The notes under the pieces were generated by a model that searched no databases, was not told the origin of the DNA, and saw only the letters and a program-made list of their open reading frames with translations. Both the position numbers and the translations under genes were made by a program. Shown here one piece after another: positions 18,776 to 29,161 of a stretch of 64,000 nucleotides of DNA (position 1 is the first letter of the stretch; each line of letters starts with the position of its first letter). This stretch comes from Myxococcales bacterium. Lineage in GTDB: Bacteria; Myxococcota; Myxococcia; Myxococcales; Anaeromyxobacteraceae. Location: positions 13,363 through 77,362 of the forward strand of contig JAKAEO010000002.1 in assembly GCA_021818285.1 (NCBI GenBank). Reading direction: 5' to 3'.

Positions 18776-19384
18776 CTACCTGATGAACCGGACCTGACGG
18801 CTGATCTCCTCGACGATGGCGGCCTTGCGCGCGTTGAAGAGCGCCTTGTTCGAGTCGACGAGGTTGTTGCCCTTCGCGTCGATGGAGACGATGAGCGGGC
18901 CGAAGCGGGAGACGCGCGACACCCAGAGCGCCTCGGGCATCCCCAGGTCGCGCCACTCGACGCGCTCGATCTCCTCGACCTGCCGCGCCGCGACGACCGC
19001 GCAGCCCCCCGGGAAGATGGCGTGGATCGCCTTGTGGCGCCGGCAGCCCTCCACGGTCTCCGGGCCCATGCCGCCCTTCCCCACGATGAGCTTCACGCCG
19101 GTGCGGGCGATGAAGTCCTTCTCGAACTTCTCCATGCGCATGCTGGTGGTCGGCCCGACGGAGACCATCTCGAACCGGCCGCCGCCGCGATCCGCGACGA
19201 TGGGGCCGGCGTGGAGGATCGCGCCCCCGCGCAGGTCGACGGGCAGCTCCATCCCCCGCTCGACGAGCCGGCGGTGGCCGACGTCACGGCAGGTGACGAG
19301 GGAGCCGTCGAGGAAGACGATGTCGCCGGCGGTGAGCTGCTCGACGCCGGCGTCGCTGATGGGGGTCTTCAGGACCTTGCTCAC
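18776..19384 (-). CDS. ttdB: L(+)-tartrate dehydratase / class I fumarate hydratase beta subunit
   Basis: A GTG start overlaps the ttdA stop (GTGA). ...[35 protein letters not shown]... is the Fe-S hydro-lyase beta-type domain. Confidence 0.8.
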   Translation of the reverse strand: MSKVLKTPISDAGVEQLTAGDIVFLDGSLVTCRDVGHRRLVERGMELPVDLRGGAILHAGPIVADRGGGRFEMVSVGPTTSMRMEKFEKDFIARTGVKLIVGKGGMGPETVEGCRRHKAIHAIFPGGCAVVAARQVEEIERVEWRDLGMPEALWVSRVSRFGPLIVSIDAKGNNLVDSNKALFNARKAAIVEEISRQVRFIR

Positions 19385-20280
19385 AGCGTCACCCCGTGGT
19401 GCGTGAGGACCTGGTGGCGCAGGGACCCGTCGAAGCGGATCGTCCCCCGGCGGTGCGCCCAGCAGCCGGTCGACACGCCGACCCCGATGACCGACGGGTG
19501 GCGGGCGGTGGACTCGACGTGCACTCCCATCACCGAGGCCTTGCCGGAGAGGCCCTGCGGCCCGAGGCCCAGCGCGTTCAGGCCGTCCTCGAGGAGGCGC
19601 TCCAGCTCCGCCGCCTTCGGGTTCGGGTGGTGCGTCCCGATCCGCCTCTGGATGGCGCGCTTCGACAGGAGCGCGGCGGTCTCCACCGAGGTGGAGATCC
19701 CCACGCCGACGAGGAGCGGGGGGCAAGCGTTCACGCCGTAGGAGGTGACGACGTCGAAGACGAACTGGACGACGCCCTCGTAGCCCTCGCCGGGCATGAG
19801 CACCTTGGCCGACCCCGGGAGGGTGCAGCCGCCGCCCGCCATGTAGACGTCGATCTCGGCGGTCGCGTCGTCCGAGACGATCTCCCAGTCGATCCACGGG
19901 AGGTTGGTGCCGGTGTTGGTCCCGGTGTTCCTCTCCTCGAAGGTCTCGACCGCGTTGTGCCGGAGCGGCGCCGTGCGGGTGGCCTCGCGCACCGCCTCGG
20001 TGAGGATCGAGCGAAGCCGGCCGAGGAGCGGGAACCGGGCGCCGGCGCGGACGAAGAACTGGAGGGCCCCGGTGTCCTGGCAGCAGGGCCGGTCCAGCTC
20101 GGCCGCCAGCTCGAGGTTCTTGAACATCGTGTCGTAGACGATCCGGGGGAGCGGGCCGTCCTCGACCTTCCGCAGCCTCCCGAGCTGGGTCAGCACGTCG
20201 TCCGGGAGCCGCTTCGCGAGGAGCGCGGTGAACCGCGCCATCGTGCCGGTCATCTCCTGCGCTTCCCGATCGGTCGCCAT
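19381..20280 (-). CDS. ttdA: L(+)-tartrate dehydratase / class I fumarate hydratase alpha subunit
   Basis: 299 aa containing ...[12 protein letters not shown]...[21 protein letters not shown]..., the Fe-S hydro-lyase alpha-type catalytic domain. Confidence 0.8.
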   Translation of the reverse strand: MATDREAQEMTGTMARFTALLAKRLPDDVLTQLGRLRKVEDGPLPRIVYDTMFKNLELAAELDRPCCQDTGALQFFVRAGARFPLLGRLRSILTEAVREATRTAPLRHNAVETFEERNTGTNTGTNLPWIDWEIVSDDATAEIDVYMAGGGCTLPGSAKVLMPGEGYEGVVQFVFDVVTSYGVNACPPLLVGVGISTSVETAALLSKRAIQRRIGTHHPNPKAAELERLLEDGLNALGLGPQGLSGKASVMGVHVESTARHPSVIGVGVSTGCWAHRRGTIRFDGSLRHQVLTHHGVTL

Positions 20281-20368
20281 CCCGCCTCCTCGACGGCGCC
20301 ACCGTAGGCCCCGCCGGACGTGTTAGAAATGGCTTGCAAGTCAGAGCACTCGTTCCCTGGAGTTATCA

Positions 20369-21292
20369 ATGCGCGCCACCTCGGATCTCGCCTTCTTCGC
20401 GGCGGTGGTGAAGGAGGGCAGCCTGTCGGCCGCGGCGCGCGCCCTCGACGTCTCTCCCCCGGCGGTGAGCAAGCGCCTGGCGCAGCTCGAGCGCCGCCTC
20501 GGCGTCCGGCTCCTGCACCGGACGACGCGCCGGATCGGCCTCACCGCCGAGGGCGAGCTCTACGTCGAGGCCGCCCGCCGCGTCACCGCCGACATCGAGG
20601 AGGTGGAGCGGCGGATCTCCGCCGCGCGCGCCGCGCCGAAGGGGCTCCTGCGCGTGAACGCGACGCTGGGGTTCGGCCGCGCCTACGTGGCGCCGGTCGT
20701 CTCCGCCTTCCGGCGCCGGTACCCGGAGGTGGAGGTCCTGCTCCAGCTGACGGACCGGCCCGTGAACCTCACCGACGAGGCGTTCGACGTGGGGGTCCGG
20801 TTCGGCGACCTGCCCGACGCCCGGATCGTCGCGCGGAAGATCGCCAACAACCGCCGGCTGCTCTGCGCGGCGCCGCGGTACCTCGACCAGCGCGGCCGGC
20901 CCTCCACGCCCCACGACCTGGCCCGCCACGACTGCATCGTGCTGCGGCAGAACGACAGCGTCTACGGGCTGTGGCGGCTCCTCCGCGGCCGGAGGAGCGA
21001 GTCGGTGAAGGTCCGCGGACCGCTCAGCAGCAACGACGGGTCCGTCGTCCTGGGCTGGGCCCTCGACGGCCACGGGATCCTGATGAGGGCCGAGTGGGAG
21101 ATCGCCGACCACCTCCGCGCCGGCAGGCTCGAGCAGGTCCTCGCCGACTACCTGCTCCCGCCCGCGGACGTCTACGCCGTCTACCCCGAGCGGCACCACC
21201 TCTCGGCGCGGGTGCGGGTCTTCGTCGACTTCCTGGTGGAGCGGTTCCGGGCCTACGCGCAGCACGGCCCCGGGAAGCCCTCCCGGTGGTGA
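20369..21292 (+). CDS. ttdR: LysR-family transcriptional regulator, divergent from ttdA
   Basis: The N-terminal HTH is FFAAVVKEGSLSAAARALDVSPPAVSKRLAQLERRLGVRLLHR, followed by a LysR substrate-binding domain. Confidence 0.85.
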   Translation: MRATSDLAFFAAVVKEGSLSAAARALDVSPPAVSKRLAQLERRLGVRLLHRTTRRIGLTAEGELYVEAARRVTADIEEVERRISAARAAPKGLLRVNATLGFGRAYVAPVVSAFRRRYPEVEVLLQLTDRPVNLTDEAFDVGVRFGDLPDARIVARKIANNRRLLCAAPRYLDQRGRPSTPHDLARHDCIVLRQNDSVYGLWRLLRGRRSESVKVRGPLSSNDGSVVLGWALDGHGILMRAEWEIADHLRAGRLEQVLADYLLPPADVYAVYPERHHLSARVRVFVDFLVERFRAYAQHGPGKPSRW

Positions 21293-21443
21293 CCGGGGCG
21301 ACCTCTTCTACGCCGGCGGCGGCGGGAGCGGCCGGATCCGCGCCGTGCGGAGGCCACGCCGCCGGCCAGCTCGCGGGCCGGTTCGCCTCCCGCGCCGGGC
21401 CCGGCCGTGAGAGAGTCCCGATGGCACCCGGGAGGAACGGTCG

Positions 21444-22442
21444 ATGAGCACCCGAAACAGGCAGTGGCTACTCGCGAGCCGGCCCCGTGGTCCGGTGGAG
21501 GAGTCGAACTTCCGACTCGCCGAGGCCGACGTCCCGGCGCCGCGCGACGGCGAGGTCCTGGTCCGCGTCCACTACCTCTCGCTCGACCCGTACATGCGCG
21601 GCCGCATGGACGACGCGAAGTCCTACGCCGCGCCCCAGGCGCTCGGCGAGGTGATGATCGGCGGCACGGTCGGCGAGGTCGTCGAGTCGCGGAACCCGCG
21701 CTGGTCGAAGGGCGATCTCGCCGTGGGACCCGGGGGCTGGCAGGAGTACCACCTCTCCGACGGCAAGGGCCTCGTGAAGATCCCGCCGGGCCTGCCCGAA
21801 TCGGTCTACCTCGGTGCCGTCGGGATGCCCGGCATCACCGCGTGGTACGGCCTGCTCCAGATCGGGAAGCCCAGGCCCGGCGAGACCGTCGTGGTGTCGG
21901 CGGCGAGCGGTGCCGTCGGCAGCGTCGTCGGGCAGCTCGCGAAGCTCCGCGGCTGCCGCGCCGTCGGGATCGCGGGCGGTCCGGCCAAGTGCGCGCACGT
22001 CGTGAGTGACCTCGGCTTCGACGCCTGCGTGGACTACAAGTCCCACGAGTTCCGCGACGCCTTCCAGGCGGCGGTGCCGGGCGGCATCGACGTCCTGTTC
22101 GAGAACGTCGGTGGCGCGGTCCTCGACGCCTCGCTCGCGCGCATGAACGCCTTCGGACGGATCGCGGTCTGCGGCCTCATCGCCGGCTACGGTGGACAGG
22201 ACATCGCCGTGCGAAACGTCCGCTCCATCCTCGTGAACCGGCTCCTGGTGCAGGGCTTCATCGTCTCGGAGCACCTGGAGCTCTGGCCGCAGGCCATGCA
22301 GGAGCTCGGCGCCGCGGTGGCGGAGGGGAAGCTCCGGTACCGCGAGACCGTCGCCCAGGGCATCGAGAGCGCACCCCGCGCGTTCATCGGGCTCCTGCGC
22401 GGCGAGAACCTGGGGAAGCAGCTCGTCCGGATGGGCGGCTGA
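21444..22442 (+). CDS. NADP-dependent oxidoreductase, medium-chain dehydrogenase/reductase (CurA/YncB/prostaglandin-reductase-like)
   Basis: 332 aa; a GGAGG RBS is present; the Rossmann motif is SAASGAVGSVVGQLAK. Confidence 0.8.
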   Translation: MSTRNRQWLLASRPRGPVEESNFRLAEADVPAPRDGEVLVRVHYLSLDPYMRGRMDDAKSYAAPQALGEVMIGGTVGEVVESRNPRWSKGDLAVGPGGWQEYHLSDGKGLVKIPPGLPESVYLGAVGMPGITAWYGLLQIGKPRPGETVVVSAASGAVGSVVGQLAKLRGCRAVGIAGGPAKCAHVVSDLGFDACVDYKSHEFRDAFQAAVPGGIDVLFENVGGAVLDASLARMNAFGRIAVCGLIAGYGGQDIAVRNVRSILVNRLLVQGFIVSEHLELWPQAMQELGAAVAEGKLRYRETVAQGIESAPRAFIGLLRGENLGKQLVRMGG

Positions 22443-22487
22443 CCGCGGCCTCGATCCCGGCCGGCTCACGCGACGCGGACGACCACC

Positions 22488-23696
22488 TTGCCCACCGTCC
22501 CGCCCGACTCGAGCGCCGCGTCCCGCCGCCTCCCCGTGGGCGTCTGGGTGCTCGGCGGCGTCAGCCTGCTCATGGACGTCTCCTCGGAGATGATCCACGG
22601 CCTGCTGCCGCTGTTCCTGGTCACCACGCTCGGCGCCGGCGCCCTCGCCGTCGGGCTGATCGAGGGGCTCGCCGAGTCCACCGCGCTCGTGGTCAAGGTC
22701 TTCTCGGGAGCGCTGAGCGATCACCTGGGCCGGCGCAAGGGGCTGGCGGTGGCGGGCTACGCGCTGGGCGCGGTGTCGAAGCCGCTGTTCGCGCTGGCGC
22801 CGACCGCGGGGCTGGTGCTCGCGGCCCGCCTCCTCGACCGGGTGGGCAAGGGCGTGCGCGGCGCCCCGCGGGACGCGCTGATCGCGGACCTGGTGCCCGC
22901 GGAGGCGCGCGGGGCCGCCTTCGGCCTGCGCCAGTCCCTCGACACGGTGGGCGCCTTCCTGGGCCCGCTCCTCGGGACGGCGCTGATGCTGGCGTGGGCC
23001 GACGACTTCCGCTCGATCTTCTGGGTCGCGGTGCTCCCGGCGGCGGCGTCGGTGGCCCTGCTCCAGCTCGGGCTGCGCGAGCCGGCGCGCCCGGCGGCCG
23101 GACCGCGCCCCGGCCGCCTCCGCCTGGAGCGCCTGGCGGGGCTGGGCGCGGGCTACTGGTGGGTGGTCGCCGTCGGCGCGGCCTCCACGCTGGCCCGGTT
23201 CAGCGAGGCCTTCCTGGTGCTGCGGGCGCGCCAGGGCGGCGTCCCGCTGGCGCTGGTGCCGCTGGTGATGGTGGCGATGAACGCGGTCTACTCGCTGGCC
23301 GCCTACCCCTTCGGCAGGCTCTCGGATCGCGTCGACCGCACGCGGCTGCTGTTCGCCGGGCTCCTGGTCCTCGCCGCCGCCGACCTGGTGCTGGCCCTGG
23401 ACGGCGGCTGGGGCGTCGTGCTGGCCGGCGTGGCGCTCTGGGGCGTCCACATGGGCATGACCCAGGGCCTGCTCGCCGCCCTGGTCGCGGACGCCGCGCC
23501 CGCCGGGCTGCGCGGCACCGCCTTCGGCCTCTTCAACCTGGTGTGCGGGATCGCCGTGCTCGCCGCCAGCGCCCTGGCCGGGCTCCTCTGGGACCGGGCG
23601 GGCCCCTCCTCCACCTTCCACGCCGGCGCGATCTTCTGCGGGATCGCGCTCCTCGGGCTGGCCTGGAGGCCGGTCGGCCGGCCGGCGCGCACCTGA
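22488..23696 (+). CDS. MFS transporter
   Basis: 402 aa, 12 predicted transmembrane segments, with the motif GRLSDRVDRTRLL. Confidence 0.75.
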   Translation: MPTVPPDSSAASRRLPVGVWVLGGVSLLMDVSSEMIHGLLPLFLVTTLGAGALAVGLIEGLAESTALVVKVFSGALSDHLGRRKGLAVAGYALGAVSKPLFALAPTAGLVLAARLLDRVGKGVRGAPRDALIADLVPAEARGAAFGLRQSLDTVGAFLGPLLGTALMLAWADDFRSIFWVAVLPAAASVALLQLGLREPARPAAGPRPGRLRLERLAGLGAGYWWVVAVGAASTLARFSEAFLVLRARQGGVPLALVPLVMVAMNAVYSLAAYPFGRLSDRVDRTRLLFAGLLVLAAADLVLALDGGWGVVLAGVALWGVHMGMTQGLLAALVADAAPAGLRGTAFGLFNLVCGIAVLAASALAGLLWDRAGPSSTFHAGAIFCGIALLGLAWRPVGRPART

Positions 23697-23759
23697 GGGG
23701 CCGCGTCGGCCTGGGACCGCGGCCACGCGCCCTCCCCGCGCTTCTGGTAGGTTCCGGCC

Positions 23760-24566
23760 ATGAAGCTCGTCGTCCTCGCGCGCGCGCCGGCCGACCCCGA
23801 CGGGGCGGCGAGGAGCCTGGCGGAGGCGGCCGGGCTCGCGCTGGCGGAGGCGCGGATGCGCCTGGCGCGCGAGCCGCCGGCCCTCCTGGCCCGGCTGGAG
23901 CCGGAGCGCGCCGACGCGCTCGCCGCCGGCCTGCGCGCGGCGGGTCTCGCCGCGCTGGCGCTCCCCGACCGCGCCCCGACCGACCGCGACCGGACCGTCG
24001 CCCACGCCTTCTCGCTCGAGCCCGCCGGCCTCGGCTGCACGCCCCGGTTCGGGGAGCCGCTGCGGATCGCCTGGGGCGACGTGCTCGCCGTCCTGCGCGG
24101 GATCCGCGCCACCCGCTCCGAGTCCGAGCACACCGAGGTGTCGAAGCGGCTCTCGGTCGGCACGGCCGTGGCGACCGGGGGGCTGAAGCTGACCCGCACC
24201 GAGTCGAGGACGGTGCGCTCCTCCGAGGAGACCACCGAGCAGGTGATCCTCGTCTACGCGCGGGACGGGCGCGTCGCCGCGCTGGCGGAGCGCGAGCTGG
24301 ACTTCTCCTGCCTGGGGCCGGGCATGCAGCCCTCCAGCACCGCCAACATGGCCGAGCTGGCCCGGCGGCTGCGCGAGCGCGCGCCCGGGGCCTTCCACGA
24401 CGACCGGCTGCTGCGGCTCGGCCGCCGGCCGCTGCCCTTCGTGGCGGGCGGCGAGTCCACCTCCCGGACGGCCTCGGCCACGGCGACGCGCGCCGACACC
24501 GCCGGCGCGCTCGACCTGCTCGCCGAGGCGATGCGGCAGGCGCTGGCGGCCGGGCTGCTCCCGTAG
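23760..24566 (+). CDS. Hypothetical protein
   Basis: 268 aa. The middle region (ESEHTEVSKRLSVGTAVATGGLKLTRTESRTVRSSEETTEQVILVYARDGR) has clean coding composition. Confidence 0.5.
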   Translation: MKLVVLARAPADPDGAARSLAEAAGLALAEARMRLAREPPALLARLEPERADALAAGLRAAGLAALALPDRAPTDRDRTVAHAFSLEPAGLGCTPRFGEPLRIAWGDVLAVLRGIRATRSESEHTEVSKRLSVGTAVATGGLKLTRTESRTVRSSEETTEQVILVYARDGRVAALAERELDFSCLGPGMQPSSTANMAELARRLRERAPGAFHDDRLLRLGRRPLPFVAGGESTSRTASATATRADTAGALDLLAEAMRQALAAGLLP

Positions 24567-24692
24567 GCGGCGCGACCGCCCGGCGCCCGCCCGTGGTACC
24601 TTCTCGCGCCCGACCCCACCATCCCTCCCGCTCCCTCGCGCCCCGCTCCCGGCGGGCGGGCGCGGCGCCGCCGGGACCGAGGAGCGCCTGCA

Positions 24693-25111
24693 TGGCCGAG
24701 GACGTCACCGCGATGCTGAACCACCTGCCCGGCTGGGCGCGGGAGATGGGCGTCACCATCCTCTCCGCCGGACCCGACGAGGTGACCTGCGAGTGGCAGG
24801 TGACCGGGAAGCACCTGCAGCCCTACGGCATCGTCCACGGCGGCGTGCACTGCGGCGTGATCGAGAGCCTGGCGTCGATCGGCGCGGCCCTGGTGGCCCG
24901 GCCGCGGGGCCAGCGCGTGGTCGGGCTCGAGAACAACACCTCCTTCGTCCGCGCCGTCCGGTCCGGGACGCTGCGCGGCGTCGCCCGCCCGGTGACCCGC
25001 GGGCGCACCACCCAGGTCTGGGAGGCCTGGATCCGCGACGAGCAGGGGCAGCTGGTGGCGCAGGGGCGCGTCCGGCTGCTCTGCGTCGGCGAGGAGCAGG
25101 CGATCGGGTAG
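24693..25111 (+). CDS. PaaI-family (hotdog-fold) thioesterase
   Basis: MAEDVTAMLNHLPGWAREMGV...PYGIVHGGVHCGVIESLASIGAAL..., 139 aa. Confidence 0.75.
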
Positions 25112-25131
25112 GATCCCGCCCGGAGGCGCCC

Positions 25132-25407
25132 GTGTACTTCATCCTCTCCTACGACTACGTCCCCGACGTCCTCGAGAAGCGCACCCCGCACCGGGCGGCC
25201 CACCTGGCCCACGCCCGGGCGATGCAGGAGGCGGGCAAGCTCCTCATGGCGGGCGCCTTCGACCCGCCCTCGGACGGCGCCCTCTTCGTGTTCCGGGCCG
25301 ACCGCGCCGCCGACGTGGAGGAGTTCGTCCGCCAGGATCCCTACGTGCGCAACGGCGTGGTCACCGGCTGGCGGGTCCGGCCCTGGACCGTGGTCATCGG
25401 CCCGTGA
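25132..25407 (+). CDS. YciI-like (Dabb) family protein
   Basis: A GTG start sits 7 nt after a GGAGG RBS. VYFILSYDYVPDVLEKRTPHRAAHLAHARAM...FVRQDPYV. Confidence 0.65.
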   Translation: MYFILSYDYVPDVLEKRTPHRAAHLAHARAMQEAGKLLMAGAFDPPSDGALFVFRADRAADVEEFVRQDPYVRNGVVTGWRVRPWTVVIGP

Positions 25408-26312
25408 AGGTCGTCGTCTGCGGGGCGGGCGCTGTGGGGAGCGCCCACGCCGCCCGGCTCCACGACGTGGACCCGGACGGCGTCGCGGTGCTGGCCGGCG
25501 GCGAGCGGCTCGCCCGCTACCGGCGCGACGGGATCACCGTCAACGGCCGCCGCTACGACTTCCGGCTGCTCCCCGCCGGCGGCACGGGAGATCCCGCCGA
25601 CCTGGTGATCCTGGCGGTGAAGCAGCACCACCTCGACGCCGCCGTCGCCGACCTGCGCGGCTGGGTGGGGCCCCGCACCCTGCTGCTCCCGCTCCTCAAC
25701 GGCATCGCCAGCGAGGGCGTCCTGGCCCGCGCCTTCGGGGCGGAGAAGGTGCTGCCGGCCTTCGTCGTCGGCACCGACGCGGTCCGCGAGGGGCAGGTGG
25801 TCCGCTTCTCCTCCATGGGCCGCGTCTTCTTCGGCGCGCCCTCGAACGACCGGGCCGACCCGCGCGTCGCCGCGGTGCGGGAGCTCTTCGTCCGCGCCGG
25901 CATCCCCCACGTCGTGCCCGACGACGTCCTCCGCGAGCAGTGGTGGAAGTTCATGCTCAACGTGGGCGTGAACCAGGTCTCGGCGGTGCTGCGCGCCCCC
26001 TACGCGGCCTTCGCGCTCCCCGAGGTGGGCGGGCTGGCGCGCGACGCCATGCGCGAGGTGGTGGCGCTCTCCGGGCCGGCGGGCGTCGCCCTCGGCGAGG
26101 CCGACGTGGAGCGCTGCTTCCCGATCCTGGCGGCGCTGGCGCCGGACGGGAAGACCTCGATGCTCCAGGACGTCGAGGCGGGCCGGAAGACCGAGGTGGA
26201 GATCTTCGCCGGCACGGTGGTGAGGCTGGGGCGCGAGCACGGGATCCCCACGCCGGTGAACGAGCTGCTCGGGCGCCTGCTGGCGGCGCTGGAGCGGATG
26301 GCGGGGGCCTGA
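25404..26312 (+). CDS. panE: 2-dehydropantoate 2-reductase (ketopantoate reductase, ApbA/PanE family)
   Basis: MKVVVCGAGAVGS...; an NAD(P)-binding N-terminal domain and the PanE C-terminal domain are present. The GTG start overlaps the previous stop. Confidence 0.8.
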   Translation: MKVVVCGAGAVGSAHAARLHDVDPDGVAVLAGGERLARYRRDGITVNGRRYDFRLLPAGGTGDPADLVILAVKQHHLDAAVADLRGWVGPRTLLLPLLNGIASEGVLARAFGAEKVLPAFVVGTDAVREGQVVRFSSMGRVFFGAPSNDRADPRVAAVRELFVRAGIPHVVPDDVLREQWWKFMLNVGVNQVSAVLRAPYAAFALPEVGGLARDAMREVVALSGPAGVALGEADVERCFPILAALAPDGKTSMLQDVEAGRKTEVEIFAGTVVRLGREHGIPTPVNELLGRLLAALERMAGA

Positions 26313-26442
26313 TCCCCGGACGGCGCGCGGCCCGGTCCGGCCGGAGCCGTGACCGCGCGCCCGCCGCCCGGGACGGGGGCCCCGAATTTCCCGCGCCCCC
26401 CCGGGGCCGCTCCCGTCTACATTGAGGCCCCTGGAGGTCCCG

Positions 26443-26901
26443 ATGATCAAGCTCGAGGTGAACGGGACGGTCCACCAGGTGGACGTCCCCCGCGACATGC
26501 CGCTGCTCTGGGTGCTGCGCGACGAGCTGGGGCTCACCGGGACCAAGTTCGGCTGCGGGTTGGGGCTGTGCGGCGCCTGCACCGTCCACGTGGACGGCGC
26601 CGAGACCCGCTCCTGCTCCACCGACGTCGGCGCCGTCGACGGGAAGGCGATCACCACCATCGAGGGGCTGGCCGGGGAGAAGCTGCACCCGGTGCAGCAG
26701 GCCTGGCTGGACGCCGACGTCAGCCAGTGCGGCTACTGCCAGCCGGGCCAGATCATGACGGCGGCCGCCCTGCTGGCCCGCAAGCCCCACCCCACCGACG
26801 CCGAGATCGACGACGCCATGTCCGGGAACCTCTGCCGCTGCGGCACCTACGCGCGGATCCGGACGGCCATCCACCGGGCGGCGGGCCAGGGCGGCCGGTG
26901 A
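26443..26901 (+). CDS. Mo-hydroxylase small subunit, (2Fe-2S)-binding (IorA/CoxS-like)
   Basis: [12 protein letters not shown] and CGYCQPG...CRCGTY are the two cluster-binding motifs. A GGAGG RBS is present. Confidence 0.85.
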   Translation: MIKLEVNGTVHQVDVPRDMPLLWVLRDELGLTGTKFGCGLGLCGACTVHVDGAETRSCSTDVGAVDGKAITTIEGLAGEKLHPVQQAWLDADVSQCGYCQPGQIMTAAALLARKPHPTDAEIDDAMSGNLCRCGTYARIRTAIHRAAGQGGR

Positions 26902-29081
26902 GCCTCACGCGGCGCGGCTTCCTGAAGGTCGGCGCCGCGGTGGGCGGCGGGCTGCTCGTCGAGATCCACGCCCCGCGGCTGGCGCGGGCAGCGCCGCCCG
27001 GCGGCGCGCGCTTCGCGCCCAGCGCCTTCCTGCGCATCGGGGCGGAGGGCGTCACCTTCGTCTGCCCGGAGGTGGAGATGGGCCAGGGCGTGCTCACCGG
27101 GCTCGCCATGCTGGTGGCGGAGGAGCTGGAGATCGCCCCGGAGGCGATGCGGGTGGTGCCGGCGCCGGCCGACCGCGCCTACGACAACCCGGCCTTCCAC
27201 GTGCAGCTCACCGGCGGGAGCACCAGCGTGAAGTCGGGCTTCGACCCCCTGCGGACGGCGGGCGCCACCGCACGGGAGATGCTCCGGGCCGCCGCGGCGC
27301 GCCGCTGGGGGGTGCCGGCGGAGGAGGTCGTCGCCGAGGACGGCGCCGTGCGCCACCCGGCGAGCGGCAAGCGGGCCACCTACCCCGAGCTGGCGGTGGC
27401 CGCCGCCGACGAGCGCGCGCCGCGCCACCCCCCGCTCAAGTCCGGCGGCTTCAAGGTGATCGGGAAGCCGCTTCCCCGCCTCGACGCGCGTCCCCGGGTG
27501 GACGGCTCCGGCCGCTTCGGCATCGACGTGCGGGTGCCCGGGGCGCTGGTGGCGGTGGTGGTCCGCAGCCCGGTGCCGGGAGGCCAGCCCCGCACCTTCG
27601 ACGCCGCCGCGGCGAAGGGCGTGCCGGGCGTGGAGGCGGTGATCCGGATCCCGTCCGGCGTCGCGGTGCTGGCCAGGGGCTACTGGCAGGCGCGCCAGGG
27701 GGCGGAGCGGCTCGGCGTCGCCTGGGACGACGGGCCGGGCGCCGGGCTCGACTCCGCCGCCCTCCTCGCCGCCTACCGCGAGGCCGCGGGCCGCGAGGGG
27801 CGGAGCGTGGCGTCGGCCGGCGACGCGGCCCGGGCGCTGGCGGGAGCGGCGCGGGTGGTCGAGGCCACCTACACCGCGCCCTTCCTGGCGCACGCCACCA
27901 TGGAGCCCCAGAACGCCACCGCCCACGTCACCGCCGACCGGTGCGAGATCTGGGCGCCCACCCAGGGGCCGGGCGTCGCCAAGGAGATCGCGCGACAGCT
28001 CACCGGCCTGGGGTCGGGCCAGATCGTGGTCCACACCACGCTGGTGGGCGGCGGCTTCGGGCGGCGCATCCCGCAGGACTACGTCGCCGAGGCGGTCCGG
28101 CTCTCGCGGGAGGCGGGGCGCCCGGTGAAGGTGGTCTGGTCCCGGGAGGACGACATCCGGCACGACCTCTACCGGCCGGCGGCGCTGCACGCCATCCGCG
28201 GCGGGCTGGCGGCCGACGGCACCCCGGTGGCCTGGTCGCACCGGGTGGTGACCCAGGCCATCATCCGGCAAGCGGGCGGCGACTTCGTCGCCGGGGCGCT
28301 CCCGTTCTGGGTGCCCACCGCGGTGAAGCGCGCGCTGGCGTCGGCCGCGACGGCCTGGATGGCGCGCACCGACGAGACCGCGGTCGAGGGCACCGACCAC
28401 ATCCCCTACGCCGTCCCCAACCTGTCGGTGGAGTTCGTGGAGCAGGAGCCGGGCGTCCCGGTCGGCTTCTGGCGGTCGGTGGGCCACTCCCACTCCGCCT
28501 TCGCGGTGGAGGGCTTCGTGGACGAGCTGGCCCACGCCGCCGGGAAGGACCCCTACCTCTTCCGCCGCGACCTGCTGCGGGGCGCGCCGCGCCACCGGGC
28601 GGTCCTGGAGCTGGCCGCGGCCCGCGCCGGCTGGGACCGGCCGCCGCCCCCGGGCCGGTTCCGGGGGATCGCCCAGCACGCCTCCTTCGGTAGCCACACC
28701 GCCGCCGTCGCCGAGGTGGAGGTCCAGGGGCGGGAGATCCGGGTGCGGCGGGTGGTGGTGGCCTTCGACTGCGGCCGGGTGGTGAACCCCAACCTGGTGT
28801 CGGGGCAGCTCGAGTCGGCGGTGGTCTTCGGCCTCTCGGCCGCGCTGAAGCAGGAGATCACCTTCGCGCGCGGGCGGGTGCGGCAGGGCAACTTCGACGA
28901 CTACCCGCTCCTGCCCTTCGACGAGTGCCCGGCCATCGAGACCCACCTGGTCCCGAGCGAGGAGCCGCCCTCGGGCGTGGGGGAGCCCGGCGTCCCGCCG
29001 ATCGCGCCGGCCGTCGCCAACGCGGTCTTCGCCGCGACCGGCAAGCGGCTGCGCGCCCTCCCGCTCGCACTACCCGCTTAG
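26898..29081 (+). CDS. Mo-hydroxylase large (molybdopterin-binding) subunit, IorB/aldehyde-oxidoreductase-like, Tat-secreted
   Basis: The GTG start overlaps the previous stop. The twin-arginine signal is [16 protein letters not shown]. The aldehyde oxidase/xanthine dehydrogenase Mo-binding fold (about 727 aa) follows. Confidence 0.8.
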   Translation: MSLTRRGFLKVGAAVGGGLLVEIHAPRLARAAPPGGARFAPSAFLRIGAEGVTFVCPEVEMGQGVLTGLAMLVAEELEIAPEAMRVVPAPADRAYDNPAFHVQLTGGSTSVKSGFDPLRTAGATAREMLRAAAARRWGVPAEEVVAEDGAVRHPASGKRATYPELAVAAADERAPRHPPLKSGGFKVIGKPLPRLDARPRVDGSGRFGIDVRVPGALVAVVVRSPVPGGQPRTFDAAAAKGVPGVEAVIRIPSGVAVLARGYWQARQGAERLGVAWDDGPGAGLDSAALLAAYREAAGREGRSVASAGDAARALAGAARVVEATYTAPFLAHATMEPQNATAHVTADRCEIWAPTQGPGVAKEIARQLTGLGSGQIVVHTTLVGGGFGRRIPQDYVAEAVRLSREAGRPVKVVWSREDDIRHDLYRPAALHAIRGGLAADGTPVAWSHRVVTQAIIRQAGGDFVAGALPFWVPTAVKRALASAATAWMARTDETAVEGTDHIPYAVPNLSVEFVEQEPGVPVGFWRSVGHSHSAFAVEGFVDELAHAAGKDPYLFRRDLLRGAPRHRAVLELAAARAGWDRPPPPGRFRGIAQHASFGSHTAAVAEVEVQGREIRVRRVVVAFDCGRVVNPNLVSGQLESAVVFGLSAALKQEITFARGRVRQGNFDDYPLLPFDECPAIETHLVPSEEPPSGVGEPGVPPIAPAVANAVFAATGKRLRALPLALPA

Positions 29082-29161
29082 GCCGGGTGCCGCGGCGCCC
29101 TGGCGCCGGCCGCCGCCGCCCGCTACACCCCGCTCTTCCCCTCCGGCGAGGAGGACGGTCC

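Noticed and set aside
20281-20368. Possible small RNA in the ttdA-ttdR divergent spacer
   Set aside because: It is only 88 bp and is more simply explained as overlapping divergent promoters plus a LysR box.
21468-24398. 976-aa minus-strand ORF spanning the oxidoreductase, MFS and hypothetical genes
   Set aside because: The composition is Arg/Gly/Pro/Ala-dominated and low-complexity, and it is antisense to three well-supported genes. It is a typical GC-rich off-frame artefact.
22994-25111. 705-aa plus-strand ORF
   Set aside because: Only its last 139 codons (the PaaI thioesterase, 24693-25111) are real. The remainder is an off-frame read-through of the MFS and hypothetical genes.
26349-26900. 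N-terminal 180 codons of the 910-aa ORF upstream of the Mo-subunit gene
   Set aside because: It overlaps the well-supported 2Fe-2S subunit gene in another frame. The true start of the large subunit is the GTG at 26898, immediately before its Tat signal.
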